Assembly: GCA_964016885.1 (NCBI GenBank)
Contig: OZ024742.1
Location: 255,812,001-255,876,000 of the forward strand
From: Eledone cirrhosa
Lineage: Eukaryota
DNA: 64,000 bases
Direction: 5' to 3'
Under the pieces are notes generated by a model that searched no databases, was not told where the DNA came from, and saw only the letters and a program-made list of their open reading frames with translations. Position numbers and translations under genes: made by a program. Position 1 is the first letter of the stretch, and the number at the start of each line of letters is the position of its first letter. Positions 1 through 14,619 of the stretch are shown one piece after another.

Positions 1-395
1 GCCCGTGCTAGAACCAATGTCACTTTCCTTCACAATCTTACAGTTTTGAAAAGAAAATCAAACATCTACAATTGGACTCATGAGCACATTCTCAATTCTA
101 TCTGACAAGTCTATTTAGCCATTAGAATAATTAGATGTATGCTCCTTTAACGGAAGATTAAGAATCGGTTCGTACTTATGTCAAAGAGAATAAATTTTCA
201 ATGCACCGAGCTTTTCCACGAGATAAATTAGAAGATGATCCTTTTCATGTTTTTACGAATACAGAAAGGCTAACATCAATGATAATTAAAATTTTAAGAT
301 GTCAAATTTCCAAATAGCAAATTGTTGAATTATTTACAAATGTGATGCAAATGTAATGTTGCAGTATACGGAGATTACATATATAACATATAATA

Positions 396-460
<65 letters not shown>

Positions 461-959
461 ACATACGAACATACACATAAACACACACATATACACACAC
501 ACACATATATAGGTAGATAGATATAGAGAAATAGATAGCTAGCTAGCTAGATAGATATATAGATACAAGTATTGCCGATTTGGCTACAAGAAATGAACTT
601 CTTTAAATTCAAAATGGCTGATTACAAGATGAATTTGAAAGTGAAATCCCTGTAAGGGCGGTTTTTTAAATTATGTAAGAGAATATCTAGAATGTGGCTT
701 TAATTAAAATTCTCCTGATGGCTCTGTTTGATGGCTTCATTTAATGATTGACATTTCCGTTCAACCATTGTAGCGTTGAACGCTACTTATATTTAGCGTC
801 AAGGCGAATGACTTAGTGGTTAGCATGTCCAACTCACGATCGTTATTTCGATTCGCGGTGGGGTGAATGACCCTTTGAGAATCAAACGTTCAGGAATATC
901 ACTAAGAACTAGACATGAACATTTTGAATCATTAGTCGCCTGCACTATAATTACAAGAT

Positions 960-1240
960 GTAAAGGTAAAGGTAAAGATAAGATTTGCACATAGAAATTT
1001 CCCCACCGAGGCACAAGTCCAATGCATACCAATTTCTCATTTTTACGTCACACATATGGAAATGCAATGCTTGATATAGTTTGGCACCAGTAACATCACA
1101 ACTCATTCCGACAGCTGAGTAAACTGGAGCAAAGTAAATTAAAGTGTCTTGCTCAAGGACACAACACATCACCCGCTCCAGGAATTGATCTCACAACCAC
1201 ACGATTGCAAGCCAATTCTCACACTACTAAGCCATACGCA
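960..1240 (-). mobile_element. tRNA-derived SINE (CORE-like central domain)
   Basis: Minus strand reads tRNA-like head, then GTGTCCTTGAGCAAGACACTTT...GCTCCAGTTTACTCAGCTG; related copies near 16620-16700, 32215-32470, 40730-40930. Confidence 0.65.
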
Positions 1241-4099
1241 TTCACATTACATAATGTATTGCACCAGTAATTCAAAGAAGCAGTCTTTTCACACACTAAA
1301 TCTCCTTGAATACTACGTTAAAGGTACACATTCTAAGAGCAGGCTTTTAGTTTACTCAAACACCTAGAACTCTTATCTAAAACACAACACAGCAATTTTA
1401 GATGGCAATTACTTTATCTAATGCTTACGTCACTACTTTACATGTCTCTTTTCTCTGACACTTATAGTTCCTCAACAATTAAAAGCATACAATATATAAT
1501 ACATAATGACGTCGTAGGGTACTTGTCATGAATCACCGTGTACCAGTTTTTTTCCATCTGATACTGTTGTCTTTTACATTTCAGGTTTTCGCCAGGGATG
1601 TCCATATGTTTATGTTATATGCCTAAACAGCAGAATTTACGTGGTTTTGTATACTGTGGTTTTAAACCTACAACGGTTGTAAATGTTAAATACATAATGT
1701 TGAATGCACACACTTGCATGTTCTCCAGACTTCTCTCGATCCACAAAGAAACTAACGTTATGCCTCCATAAAAAAACAATAGATATATGTAGGTACATTT
1801 CCATAAGCAACTTAATTGTACATATGCCTTGAATAATACCTTGAATTGAGGAACCAATTGCTCCTGTGAAATGTGGTTACACAATATAGTTTTCGTCCAA
1901 TAACATGTCACAAATATGATTGCAAATGGGATATAATATTTATGCATTCGTTATTTCCTGAGATTCGTCCATTGACAATGCACTAAATCCAGAGGCAAAC
2001 TCACAAAGCTGAAAAAATCTGGGATAGTATAGTCATAGCCCTGGATTCAGTAGACTTAAACAGACAGTTCTACACGGAACTGAGGAAGATGTGGGCCAGA
2101 GAGGGGCTCAGGGAAAACGATGGACAGAAAATATTAAAGGATGAAAGTTCTAGTAATTTCATCAACGTAACACCCTTCGCATGAAAGTAACGTGCAAATG
2201 GCTGAGCATTCCATAAAAATGCGTATCATTGATGTATTATCAGTGAGATTTAGCGAAAATCAGGTATAATCCATCCAATACAACCCCCAAACGGTATCTG
2301 CTCACAAGGCGTGTTTGAATCCGTTGCTATGGTAAATAACACTTGTCCATGATTCCACGCTTTGGGATCCAATTCACGACTTGATTGCGAATGATTGCGA
2401 GGTGAATTGCTGTATCCACAAACACCTCATAACATTGAAAGATGAACTTTAACACACAGCAGCAACAGATGGAGAATATTGTGTAATTCACTCACCAGCC
2501 TTATCAACCCGTGCATCACTTTGATTGTCCCTGAGAACTATTTTAATGGAACAATGTTTGTGGAATTTTCAGGCTAATTTCACGAGCAGCTTCTTCCGTC
2601 AATCCAATCAATTGGAACACTTATCTACGGAAACCGACGGAAGCCCAACACATTCTGAAAAAGAAAGATCTTGTTATGTATTTCTTTCTTTATATATTTA
2701 TCTATTTGTTCATTGTTATATTGTTAATCTTTTGCCATAGTTTTCTGATAACATGTATGTGGATAATGGGGCAATTTATAAAATAAATCGGATTTCGTGT
2801 ACGAATTTCAATGTGGCATCTCATTTCAATACCTTTTCTTCGTTAGTAATATTTTCTGCACAACATTTAACATTCTGAAATATCAATAAATACATCAAAG
2901 CCCGAAGTAATTACTTGATAGACTAGTGTTACAAAATATAATTTATTTCCAACATCAGTTAAACTAGAAATGGCGTATATATTTAACTAAACATTATTAA
3001 TTTAACAAGGTTTAATACAACTTACAAGACAAAAGAATCGGCAAAATATAAATGTAAACGTACGTCTATTGCTTGAAGTATGTTTTGTAATGGGAAGGAT
3101 GGTTTGGTGGCAATTTTCGTTGTAGACTGGACTATCATTAATATGATCCATATTATTTGATCGAGTCATTCGTAACACATCTTGTTATCATCAAAATTCC
3201 ACAAACATTGTTCCATCAAACTCAAACAGGCATTCTTCTAGGGCTAAGATATATAGTAAATGGTTTAAATATCAAACGTTCTGCTAGTGTATTGTGCCTC
3301 GTAGATAGTTTACATGATTCACTAAAATATCAGTCATTCTGTTAGGCGTTCAATATCTTGCAGCTTATCTACATGACTAGTAAATTATCAGATATTGTGC
3401 CAGGTGCACAAGACCCAGTTAACTATAAGACATTCAACTTTTTGTACGATATATGGAAGCTTGGCTACATGTAGTCTACAAGAAAAATATATGACACAAC
3501 AATTTCTTTCTTCCGTTAGAAAGGGATTAATGTATGTACACGAGTAACTCTACGCTCTATGGTTTATTCACTCCTATCAAAAAAATAATACCTCTTAAGG
3601 ATCTATATTGTTTAAGTTTTGATTTAAGTGAAACCATTTGTAATATATTGTTCATTTGATCGGGGAGTGTTTTCACCATAGCAGTAATAGTAATTTAATG
3701 GTTGGATTTAAGATAATAACTTTGGGCGGATATTTTATTGTAGCAAACAGTGTTTTATGATGATAATATGTATGTTTTGTATTTAAAATATTTCTCAATG
3801 ATATAGGGGAAGCTGTTTCTTAACGATCGTATCTAAAGTATTTGAATAGGATAATGTTAATACTTTCAATTCTTTTTTCAAATTATTCATTGCAGACACT
3901 ACGACTCCATTAGAAACTTTACTCCAGATGATATGAATCGATATAGATAATATTTCTATCATTACGCAGCTCTGTGCATGTGTACAAGTGTTTAATTTGT
4001 ATGTGTATCTGTGTGCATGTGTGCTTGCATGTGTGTATCTATATATAAGTGTTTGTGCATACTATTCTATTCTATTCTATGCCCCCCTCTTACTTTTTT

Positions 4100-4138
<39 letters not shown>

Positions 4139-4141
4139 CCG

Positions 4142-4173
<32 letters not shown>

Positions 4174-4190
4174 CATGTATATATATATAT

Positions 4191-4235
<45 letters not shown>

Positions 4236-5049
4236 AGTGTATATACACGCATACATATACATACATGCATACATAAATACTTGAATATGTTTCTGTGTGT
4301 GGGAGAGATAGAGCGTGGGGGGGAGAGAGAGAGAGAGAACATTTCTTATATATTACTATATCTATACATATAGGCATGTATGTTCATTGTGTTTATGTGT
4401 GTACGTTTCACCTTAATTGTGTAAAATGAGTGTGATGGCTGTTTAAACGGTAAACAATAACATTCTAAATTATTGTGCTTTGAACTATATGCATTCAGCA
4501 ATTGTAGGGACATTCTGCAGTTCTAGAATCGTTATGTTCCTTATTTTATTGATAATCTTCCAAAATGAATATGTTTACTACATGGTATTTTTAACATGTG
4601 CATTTTACACAGAAAAAGGAAATATGAAGGGATATTTCATAACCCTGGTATCGCTCACTTTCTGATTGATTGACACGATCCCAGACATTATTCGCTTGCC
4701 CAGTTGGGTAGACCTCGTCGAATCGCATGAAGGAAACAATGTTTCCAATGGTCGTTTCATTGCAGTGTCTAGGACACAGCGTATCACTCATTTCGAGAAT
4801 TGAACTCATAACCTCACGATTGCGAATCCAATTCTCTCAACGTTAATCCACTCACCTGGTATAATCACAGGCAAAATAAGAAATCAGTGAAAATAAGAGA
4901 AATAACAAACTAATATCTCCCGAAAAATAATTGTATATATCTATAAATTAATAATCCAGTTTGTATTTTATTAAAATTTATTATTCATTTAAGTATACAT
5001 TGAAGCAAAAATCTAAGCAGATTGCATCGTACACAGACACACACACACA

Positions 5050-5152
<103 letters not shown>

Positions 5153-5329
5153 TTAAATACAAGCATACATTCATACATGTTTACATGTACATATGCATAT
5201 ATGCATACATATATGCTTGTATAGAATTATGTATACATACATACATCCAATTAAACGCAAATCTTAAGGAGGATAATCCATACTAAAAGCTTACAAGGCC
5301 TTCCGACAAATCAATAACATTCCGCCTTG

Positions 5330-5960
5330 AAGGATACCTTGGTGCAATAAAGGAACAGCAAATCCGCACCAAGTACCTGCTGCACAAAAGAAAATGTTCA
5401 TCAATTTACAATAAATATAGGCTGTGCAAAACAAAGACCAAAGTTGTTAACAAAATTATTGTTAACTGTGAAAAAGCGTCTTCTCGTTACTATATTCTCA
5501 GGAAACATTATGTGTTAGTCAGACAATATCAAATACACTACGAAAGACAGACATAGCAAATCAAGTGGAATATGTTGAAAGTGATAGCTCAAAGGAATAC
5601 TGCTGGAACCTAAAATCAAAGACTGCTACGAAAGTTGAACACAACTAACCTGATATTGATGCTTGGGACCAGACATTCAAAATATGTTCTGTTGTAGAAA
5701 TAAGTCATCCTCTGGATGTCGATGTAGTAAGAAAACTACAATCGAAGGAGGATTCTTATGAGCCATTGACGAAACGTTTGCATGTCCAGTACTGAAGATA
5801 CACGTTCAGTTTCATAACTGTTATTATTGAAGCTACAGAATATATATCAAACCGCCTGGACTAGAATATGACTGAACGTAGATTTACCGAGAAAGAACAC
5901 AGCTCCTTAATTCATGAGTACAAATGACCGCGATATTTTGAATCTTCAAAATTTGTAAAC
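5330..5960 (+). pseudogene. R4/Dong-like non-LTR retrotransposon 3' fragment (zinc knuckle + restriction-like endonuclease)
   Basis: Hand translation: decayed RLCK..C knuckle, then EYCWNLKIKTATKVEHN*PDIDAWDQTFKICSVVEISHPLDVDV..K...YEPL, resembling the HNRPD..E..K RLE motif. Confidence 0.7.
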
Positions 5961-6094
5961 CAAATTGAAAAGATGAACGGTTGCTCAAGGAGCAGCGAGA
6001 ATTTCCTTTTCTTTACAACCTTGCCACTGGGAAGGTGACCGGTCACAAATAAACTAAACATTTAAATAAAGCGACTACATACATAAATTGTAGC

Positions 6095-6580
6095 TGCAAA
6101 CCCTGCTAAGAGTATTGCAATCATTTGTCAGATTACAGAAAATGGTGCACCTTTAGGCTACGGCCAGCCACACGAACCTGTAACATATCCTAAACAAGCA
6201 ATGCCTGTGTTTTGAAGGTTTTTTTGAGCGGGGAAAGGCATGACACTTGGCCAATCCCACTGTCTGAGCATCGAAAACTCTACTCGAAAGGGAGAACTGG
6301 TCAACATATTTGGATACTTCAAAGTTTCTCTCTCTCAGAAACGTGTTGTGACAACAACTGGAGGCCTTTCGCTCCCAGGTGAAAAAAAGCACTATTTGGA
6401 TAACTGTTGGCTTTGCTGAGTTCCTCCGCCCTTGGCCGGGTTTTGTATTTCATCCCGCAGGGTGATCACATATCTCCCTCCTCATCAAGAAAGCTAGGTG
6501 GGGTTGCCGGTTTAGTCGCCGACGACCCGACCATGAGACAGATTTTACTGGATTACATGTTACCAGTAGCACTCGAGACA
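6095..6580 (-). mobile_element. Possible RTE-type LINE 5' UTR fragment next to (TACA)n
   Basis: GC-richer block starting at the (TACA)n tract; minus strand contains GGTCGTCGGCGACTAAACCGGCAACCCC and GGGCGGAGGAACTC...AGCCAACAG, resembling RTE 5' UTRs; no ORF support. Confidence 0.35.
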
Positions 6581-6746
6581 TACATACATACATACATACA
6601 TACATACATACATACATACATACATACATACATACATACATACATACATACATACAAACAAATAGGAAACGAAAACGTACTCTAAACTGTGAGAATGATC
6701 TGGACTCGTGGAAACAGACTTGTCAATTCAGGAATAGGAAGTATTT

Positions 6747-6792
6747 GTAAATCTGATGAAGGATTGCAAATCCGAAAGCGATCCTAACTAAC
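6747..6792 (+). ncRNA. Solo type I hammerhead ribozyme motif (decayed stem I)
   Basis: gtaaat CTGATGA a ggat-tgcaa-atcc GAAA gcgatcc TA actaac. Confidence 0.6.
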
Positions 6793-6832
6793 CCAGCAAC
6801 ATAGCTACATGGCCTTCATGCATTTCAGTACC

Positions 6833-6952
6833 TTTTGCAGTATCGGTAGACCGTCAGACCCCGTTCTGAGTTCAAATCCTGGGGTCGATAAAGTAAAGCA
6901 CCAGTTATGCACTGAGTTAATTGCTGGCCTTGTGTCAAAAGTAGAAACAGTT
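6833..6952 (+). mobile_element. Internally deleted tRNA-derived SINE (31206 family)
   Basis: GCAGTATCGGTAGA...CTGAGTTCAAATCC...GGGGTCGATAAA...GCTGGCCTTGTGTCAAAAGTAGAAAC. Confidence 0.75.
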
Positions 6953-7349
6953 ATTTACTTTATCCCATTTCTCCATTTTCACTTCCACTTCATCTAAATA
7001 CATCTTCCCAGATGATTCAATGCATAAACGAAAAATGAAACGTAAAATGTAACGCGTTTTAGACAAATTCTATATCTTTCCTTTTTAATTTCAATGTATT
7101 TTATATCTTATAAATTGCTACTTTGTTTCACTTCTCTTTTATATACTTACTTAACTTGACCTGCACGTAAGCACGACGTCTACAAAACCCAATACATAAA
7201 TACATACATACATACGTAAGTACGCACACACATACGTACGTAAATACATACATACATTCTTTCATTCACATATAGGTACTTACATACATACATGCATAAG
7301 TACAAGCATATATAAGCACATAAATACATACTTAAATTCATACATACAT

Positions 7350-7720
7350 ACATTTATGATGGCTGCAAACTTGTATTCGAGCGTTGCCATCGGCGGATAC
7401 AATGCTAACAATGTGAGGCACGAATGTGGCTCTTTAGACCAGCCAAAGACTTGCACCCTGTGGCACATACATGACAACTGTAGGCTCGTCTGGGACTTGC
7501 CATTGCTTTGTTCTCATGTGTCTTTTAACACATCCTATGGTAGCACATTCCTTAACACATTGCTTACACATTTTCAGATCATAATCAACATAAGGTCTGC
7601 TGACATGACTTTGTTCGTGTCTAGTCAAACCAGTTTTGTTCAGGCAGACTCGACGGCTGTGCTGGCAAACTAGATGATGTTTAACAGTAGGCATTTCAGA
7701 ACAGTCTCTTTTTATAGATA
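7350..7720 (-). pseudogene. RTE-like LINE 3' end with C2H2-type zinc fingers and (ATGT)n tail
   Basis: ORF 7434-7727 has CQHSRRVCLNKTGLTRH and CKQCVKECATIGCVKRH; a shifted frame gives CKSLAGLKSHIRA; followed by an (ATGT)n tail. Confidence 0.6.
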
Positions 7721-7789
7721 CATACATTCATACGTACATACATTCATACATACACACGCATTTACACACACAAACACACAGAGATTTGT

Positions 7790-8200
7790 TTGGATTTTCA
7801 ATATGAATAATAATGGCTAGAATACAATGTTTATTCGGAATATTGAACTCCTCTTGGATGATATAGTTACATCTCGTTATTCGTATGGCCCCGTTGTATC
7901 CGAGTGCCTGTTGTATCCGCGTAATATTTTCGGCTATCAAATCCCGAAGGAAGATTAACATGCTCTCACGATGCGTGGTGCGGTGGTCCAGGTGCTGCAC
8001 CACGATTATTATATCATCCTTCGATTATTGGACCAGACGCGGTGCTGTGATATCGTGTGTGATACTTCATTTCATGTTGATTTGCCCAAAACAACTGAGT
8101 CACCAATCATAAAAAAATAGCGAGAAACCTCTTACGTGATGCAACTTAGCAAGACGCTCGTTAACATACATACGAATGAGATGAAACAAACACAATATCA
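7790..8200 (-). pseudogene. Mariner-type transposase N-terminal (HTH) fragment
   Basis: ORF 7728-8003 (RTTHRESMLIFLRDLIAENITRIQQALG...IIQEEFNIPNKHC) resembles the mariner second HTH region; heavily decayed. Confidence 0.5.
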
Positions 8201-8313
8201 TTCGACTGAGGACTCCTGCAATTAAAACAATCCAACAAGTTGGTATGTGTTCTAACCTGGTAGCAACCATCTAAACTCCGCATGTGTGAAGTTTAATAAA
8301 TTAGAATGTTGCC

Positions 8314-8410
<97 letters not shown>

Positions 8411-8436
8411 ATATATATATTCAGCAAAACTATTGG

Positions 8437-8940
8437 GATCTCTCTATAAGCTTAGATACTGAGAACTCTATATATGGTGAGATATTTAAGTCTCTCTCTC
8501 TGGCGAGATATTGATATCTCTTTCTATATAGTGAGATAGTGAAATATCTTTCTATATAGTGTGATAGTGAAGTCTCTCTCTATATAGTGAGTTAATGATG
8601 TATCTATCTGTATAGTGAAATACTGAAGACTCACTCTATGCAATGAGATATTGAAGTCTATCTTTGTAGTAAGATATTGAAGTTTCTTTCTACATAGTGA
8701 GATAGTGAAGTCGGTCTCGAGATACTCAGGTCTCTCTCTATGTAGTGAGATATTGAAATATCTCTCTATAAAGGGATATTCTGAAGTCTCTCCCTATATA
8801 GTGAGATATTGATGTGTCTCTATATATAGTAAGATGAAGTCTTTCTCTATATAGTAAGAAACCGAAGTCTCCCTCTATAGAGATATTGATGTCTCTACGT
8901 ATTGTCTAATATATTGAGAACTCTCTGTATTCGGTGAGAC
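8437..8940. repeat. 28-bp minisatellite (~17 decayed copies), consensus near TCTCTCTCTATATAGTGAGATATTGAAG
   Basis: The GTG(A/T)G part of the motif starts at 8531, 8559 and 8587 (28-bp spacing); copies continue to ~8940. Confidence 0.85.
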
Positions 8941-9201
8941 GTTAAAAATTCTTTCATGAGTGTTTAATTCCTGTGGAACATAACATATCTGAAACTAATA
9001 TTATACAATATGTAAACATTTAATTAAATACATTCAAATAAAGACGAAAGGAAAATATTAAATATAAAATAAATAATAAATGCACGCGTGTGTATGTGAG
9101 TATACATCTGTATGTTATGTGTGTTTATGTGTAAATATGTGTTACATATATATGTTTGTATAAATGTGTGTATGTATGCATATATTGGTACATATATACA
9201 C

Positions 9202-9288
<87 letters not shown>

Positions 9289-9799
9289 CATATATACATA
9301 TATATATATCACATGAATATATATATATGTATTTGAGTGTATGTATGTGCATGTGTATCTGTGTTCGTTCGTATATATGTGTGTGTATTTATATATACGT
9401 GAGTAAGTGTGCATCTATGAATATATGTATGTGTATGCATATGTGTGCATGAATATATGGTTGTATGTATGTATTCGTATAAATATATATATATATATAT
9501 ATTTAGCTATTCAATATAACTTGTGACGAAATCTGTGTTTCAGTTTAAATGTATATTTAATTGTAAATAAAATAGACTTCAATATAACGCAGACTGGATT
9601 ATTGATTTATTGAGTCAATACTTTTATGTCAATTATTGATCTTAGGATTTCTCTAAATTTCTTTGTTTTTCGTTATTTCATTTTAAAATGAAGTCAACTA
9701 TTAATACCTAAAACAAAAAATTACACAGAACGGCTGACGTAAGATTCATTGCGGACATTTGGTGAGTAAATTGGGTAAAGTAACCTTAGATATATGAAG

Positions 9800-12598
9800 A
9801 GATGGGGTTTTCAGCATTACTGGGTACAATCTTTTCCGCAAGGACCGCATTAATCGCCGTGGTGGTGGTGTGTTGGTCTACGTTCGTTCAAACTTTTCGG
9901 TAATTCATTGCGTTGATTTGAACGAATCACAAGAAGTTTTTTTTTGTGACATACGTATGACCATGTCAATACTTCTGCTTGGTGTTGTTTATCGCCCCCA
10001 ACTACCATCAGGTCACACAGCTTTGCGATATCCCCAGAGCTGCTGCCAGGAAAACAGCCACTTATGTGTTTATTGCAGGTGACATCAATCATCCTGAGAT
10101 CGATTGGGAAACCTTTCGTTGGCCACAGAGTGCAAACGATTTCGTTGAGCTAGTGCTGGACTCAAACTGGTCACAAGTAGTCACCTCTCCAACAAGAGGT
10201 GACAACACTTTGGACCTGATCTTCACCACTACTCCTGAAGTGGTTATCAGTTGTACTACTGAGGAACCTTTAGGCGACTCTGATCATGCTATGATCATTG
10301 CCAATCTGGCTCTTGCGGGCAGCAACAAAAACCAGAACCATCTCCAATCTGCTTGCTTTGATTGGAGGAAAGCAGATTGGAACTTGTACTGCACTGAGCT
10401 ACAGCGCCCAAACTGGCATGAGTAGTATAACTCTGGAGATATGAACACTATACTCCAGAGCATCCTGGACTCAATATGGATAGCGTGTGCAACATCGGTG
10501 CCACGTAACCTGAAAAAACCCCACCCCAACAGTGCAATTTGGGAAAATTCAGCGGTCTGACTTGCCAGGAAAGAACGTCGGAACGCTGAACGGGAATATA
10601 AACTGCATAAATCAGATGCCAACAGAAAAAAGCGGATTAAATCTTCCAACCATCTCAAGCAAGTGACAAAGAATGCAGTGCTGGAATTTGAACAGTGCAT
10701 AGCAACCAATCCTGACAGTAAGGAGTTCTGGAAATATGTTCATTCAAAGCAGAGACCTCACTCTCCAGTTGGCCTCTTCGTAATCCCCACACAAGCCAGA
10801 TCACTGACGATCCCGAAGAATGCGCAGAACACATTGCTGAGTGCTATGCAACTATTTTTACTGTTGAAAACCAGAATGTACCATCTCCACCATCTCTAAC
10901 ATCAAATTCCATAACAACTATGGAATTTACACCTGCAATGTTGCGACGTCACCTTAAGAATAAGCGCAACAATGCCTCCCCTGGTCTTGATGGTGTTACA
11001 TACCTGCTTCTCAAACGAGGCGGGTTTTCCTTTTGCACCAGCTTTCTTTCTTCTTTCAATACTGTCTCAACAATGATGCTACTCCAGAGCAGTGGAAAAC
11101 TGCCAGTGTCATTCCCCTGCTCAAAAAGGGCAACCGCATGTCAGCTGTCAACTATCATCCAGTCAGTATTACTAGCTGTATTGCCAAACTGATGGAATAC
11201 TGTGTCAGAGAAACACTTTGGAACTTCTGCAGCTCTCACAGCCTCATCCGGCCCTCGCAGTTTGGATGTATCCCTAACTCCAGCTGCTGTGATCAGCTTC
11301 TCGAGTTCCTTGAAGACATTACCCGGATCACTGATAGCGGCTCATGGGTGGATGTTGTTTACCTTGACTTTGCTAAGGCTTTTAATTCTGTGCCACACAA
11401 AAGACTGATGGAAAACTCTCTGCAATGGGTGTGAGGGATGATCTTTTTAACTGGTCGAAAACCTCCATTCTCAGCCGAAAAGAGGTAGTCACGGTTCTAG
11501 GACAGCATTCTTCATCATATGAGATGTCATCTGGGGTACCACATGGATCTGTTCTTGGCCCCCTTTTGTTTGTGGCATATATTAATAACATAGATTCCAA
11601 CTTAAAGAATGCCACGGTACTGAAATATACAGAGGACATCAAGCTGTACCTTGAAATCAAAAGGACTGAACCTGAAATCTACAACTCTTTCCTACAATCT
11701 GACCTGGACACAATGCAGCAATGGATCACCAACTGGCAACTGAAGCTGGCTGTGGACAAGTGTACCTCCATGCATTTTGGAAGGAAACATCCAGCGTCCA
11801 CATACTCCCTCCACAATACTGATATCAAGAAGTCCTCTTATGAACGTGACCTGGGCATTACTGTCAGCAGCGATTTGCGTTGGACAAAGCATGTCTCTAA
11901 GATTGTCAAGAAGGCCGAGGGTGTCTTGGCATCATTCAGCAAGATCTTTGTTAGCCGCTCTCCAGCCATCTATTTAAAGCTGTATACAGCTATGATACGA
12001 CCACACTTGGAATTCGCATCATCAATCTGGAACCCCTATCTTGCTCAGAACTGTCACCTCCTGGGGACTGTTCAGAGACGTGCAACCAAGCGCATACCCT
12101 CCATCAGATACCTACCACACTCTGAACGCCTTGCTTCCCTGGGCATGGATTCATTGAAGCTCCGATGTCTGGCAATGGACTTGGCAAACACCCACAAAAT
12201 TATTAACCATCTCGCCAACAACAAATCTAAGCACCTTTTTGTGCTCCATGTGTCTAACACACGAGGACATGCCTACAAAATCAGAAAACAGCACAGCTCC
12301 CATGACTTTCGTAAACATTTTTTCACGCTCAGAGTTGCTGAAGCATGGAACAAACTGCCTGCGTCAGTTGTTTGCTGCGGAGACACTGCATCCTTTAAAA
12401 CCCTCATACTTCCCGAAATACGCAAAAACTACACCTGATGTACCCCTTCCATACACATGCACACATGTGTATATCATGACTCATGCACTGTTCATTTTCC
12501 TGACGTTTGTACATTACCCTATGTACTATACACTTTTTGATGAGTTGTAGTACACCTGAGCACTGTACACAATATTTCATTATTATTATTATTATTAT
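9800..12598 (+). mobile_element. CR1-clade LINE, 5'-truncated and inactivated (APE endonuclease + RT), (TTA)n tail
   Basis: GYNLFRKDRINRRGGGVLVYV, GDINHPEIDW, PTRGDNTLDLIFT, LGDSDH (APE); YLDFAKAFNSVPHKRL, SGVPHGSVLGPLLF (RT); RPHLEFASSIWNPY, TRGHAYKI (CR1 C-terminus); stops and frameshifts; tail 12579-12598. Confidence 0.95.
11425..12438 (+). pseudogene. CR1 ORF2 RT/C-terminal remnant (337 aa)
   Basis: Longest ORF in the window; the catalytic YADD motif reads YTED. Confidence 0.9.
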
Positions 12599-12936
12599 AG
12601 AAGGTTCTACGAGGAATCAAACCTTACAGCTCGTAAGTGACTCAGTTCAATTTTCTCCGACTTCAGGGGCACGTTACATAACTTTCTCAACTGTTATTTA
12701 GAGTAATCATATTTTATCGTTCAAAGCATTTTTATGAGATGCACGCATTTCGAATTTCAAAAAATATAAGGTTATTACAACAGCTTAACTTGGTAGCTCC
12801 CGCATGAAGTAGCTAACTTCTCCAAAGATTACGGTCAGATGTATATATGAATACGTTGGTCCAACGTTTTCTGATTGGTTTCATGTCTTCCTCGATTGAG
12901 ACTGAGATGAAAAGAAAGGAGTGAAGCTTTTCACAG

Positions 12937-13025
<89 letters not shown>

Positions 13026-13084
13026 GCCGATTCAATCAGTGACATAAGGATAATAGAGCTCTGGGGTAGACCCTGTGTACTGGG

Positions 13085-13236
13085 ATATGATCTTGCCCTC
13101 AACTTAGCCAACGAACGAATTGCCATAGTTCGGGCCCAATGGTTTTTATTCCGGAGAGTTTTACCAGCAGGTGTCTGGGTAACGATGGGAACCAAATTGG
13201 ACCCGAACTATGGCAAAGTTGAGGTCCAGATCATAT
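13085..13236. repeat. Fold-back insertion ending in (TA)n
   Basis: ATATGATCTTGCCCTCAACTT..TTGCCATAGTTCGGGCCCAAT mirrored by ATTGGACCCGAACTATGGCAAAGTTGAGGTCCAGATCATAT. Confidence 0.75.
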
Positions 13237-13901
13237 ATATATACTTAAAAATATATATGTATATATATACATATATACATCATTTTGGATCAAACGCCTA
13301 GAACCACTGGTTTAAACAAACGAGACAACAGCACACACTCACACACAGTGGCATTCGAACAATTGTTATTGTGTGTAAAGCGCCCCCACCATCCACCGAC
13401 CAACAAGCGCCCAGACAGACTGCTACACTGCCAGTAACAAACACTGGATATAGGTAGTACAATAGATTGACAGCTATCACCATCCCACTCCCTACAATAA
13501 AGAGCTGTCTCGACCTTTGCTTCACCGCACCTATTCCGCGCACACGTGCGCTCTACAGAATATCTCAGTTACACACAAACGGCGGACAACAGAGGCCATG
13601 TACCGTTCCTCTCAGACAGATAACTTTCCCCCTCGGAAACACCCTAGTTGATGGATGCGAAATCCGAAATAAAGGGACAATTAAATCTACCCCAAAGTTA
13701 CTCTATCTCGTGTTATTATTTTTATTGTTTACGCTCTTTCCTACGTTCCTCTACACACTATACATCTCATTCTACATCTCCTCTTACATCTCACTCTTCA
13801 CCACCGGATTTTGTTCCCCGGAGATTTACCCATCTGCATTGTTGAGGCTTCCAAAACGACGAAATTTTATATATATATGTATACATTTTATATATATATG
13901 T

Positions 13902-14002
<101 letters not shown>

Positions 14003-14406
14003 AATGTGTGTGTGCGTATGTGTGTGTGTGTATAAGTTAATTTTATCTTTAATCAATACATATAAAACATATATGGATAATGTTTATCAGTAGAAAGCTC
14101 AATAAATATCTGTTCCGAGCGTCTATAATATAAAAGTAAACGATATATAGCTGGATATATCAATTGAGAAACAAGCTAGTATTTTGTATATAATATATAG
14201 AGAGCAAATTAAATATAGCTTTAAATACAAATTAAAATACACACTCATAGGTGTTAAAATTGTGTTGTACTTACATAAAATTTATGCTTTATTTACGTAG
14301 ACAGATATGGAATGTTTATGTACGATTTCAGTAATTAGTATTGATCACCATTTATCGATTTTGGTAATCCCCATTAAGACCATAATTCTCTTCGCTACTA
14401 TGTTTG

Positions 14407-14483
<77 letters not shown>

Positions 14484-14489
14484 AAATAT

Positions 14490-14590
14490 AATTGTTTCTA
14501 CTTTTGGCACAAGGCCATCAATTACCCAGTGCATTACTGGTACTTTATTTTATCGACCCCGTAAGGATGAAAGGCAAAGTTAACCTCGGT
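14490..14590 (-). mobile_element. SINE 3' half (31206 family)
   Basis: Reverse complement of CCGAGGTTAACTTTGCCTTTCATCCTTACGGGGTCGATAAAATAAAGTACCAGT. Confidence 0.85.
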
Positions 14591-14619
14591 ATAAATATAA
14601 TATAATATGTATATATAAG

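Noticed and set aside
13290-13865. Block between TA tracts with a faint DIGST motif and short inverted ends (ORF 13467-14003)
   Set aside because: Possibly a PLE GIY-YIG relic but too decayed to support; the ORF runs into a microsatellite
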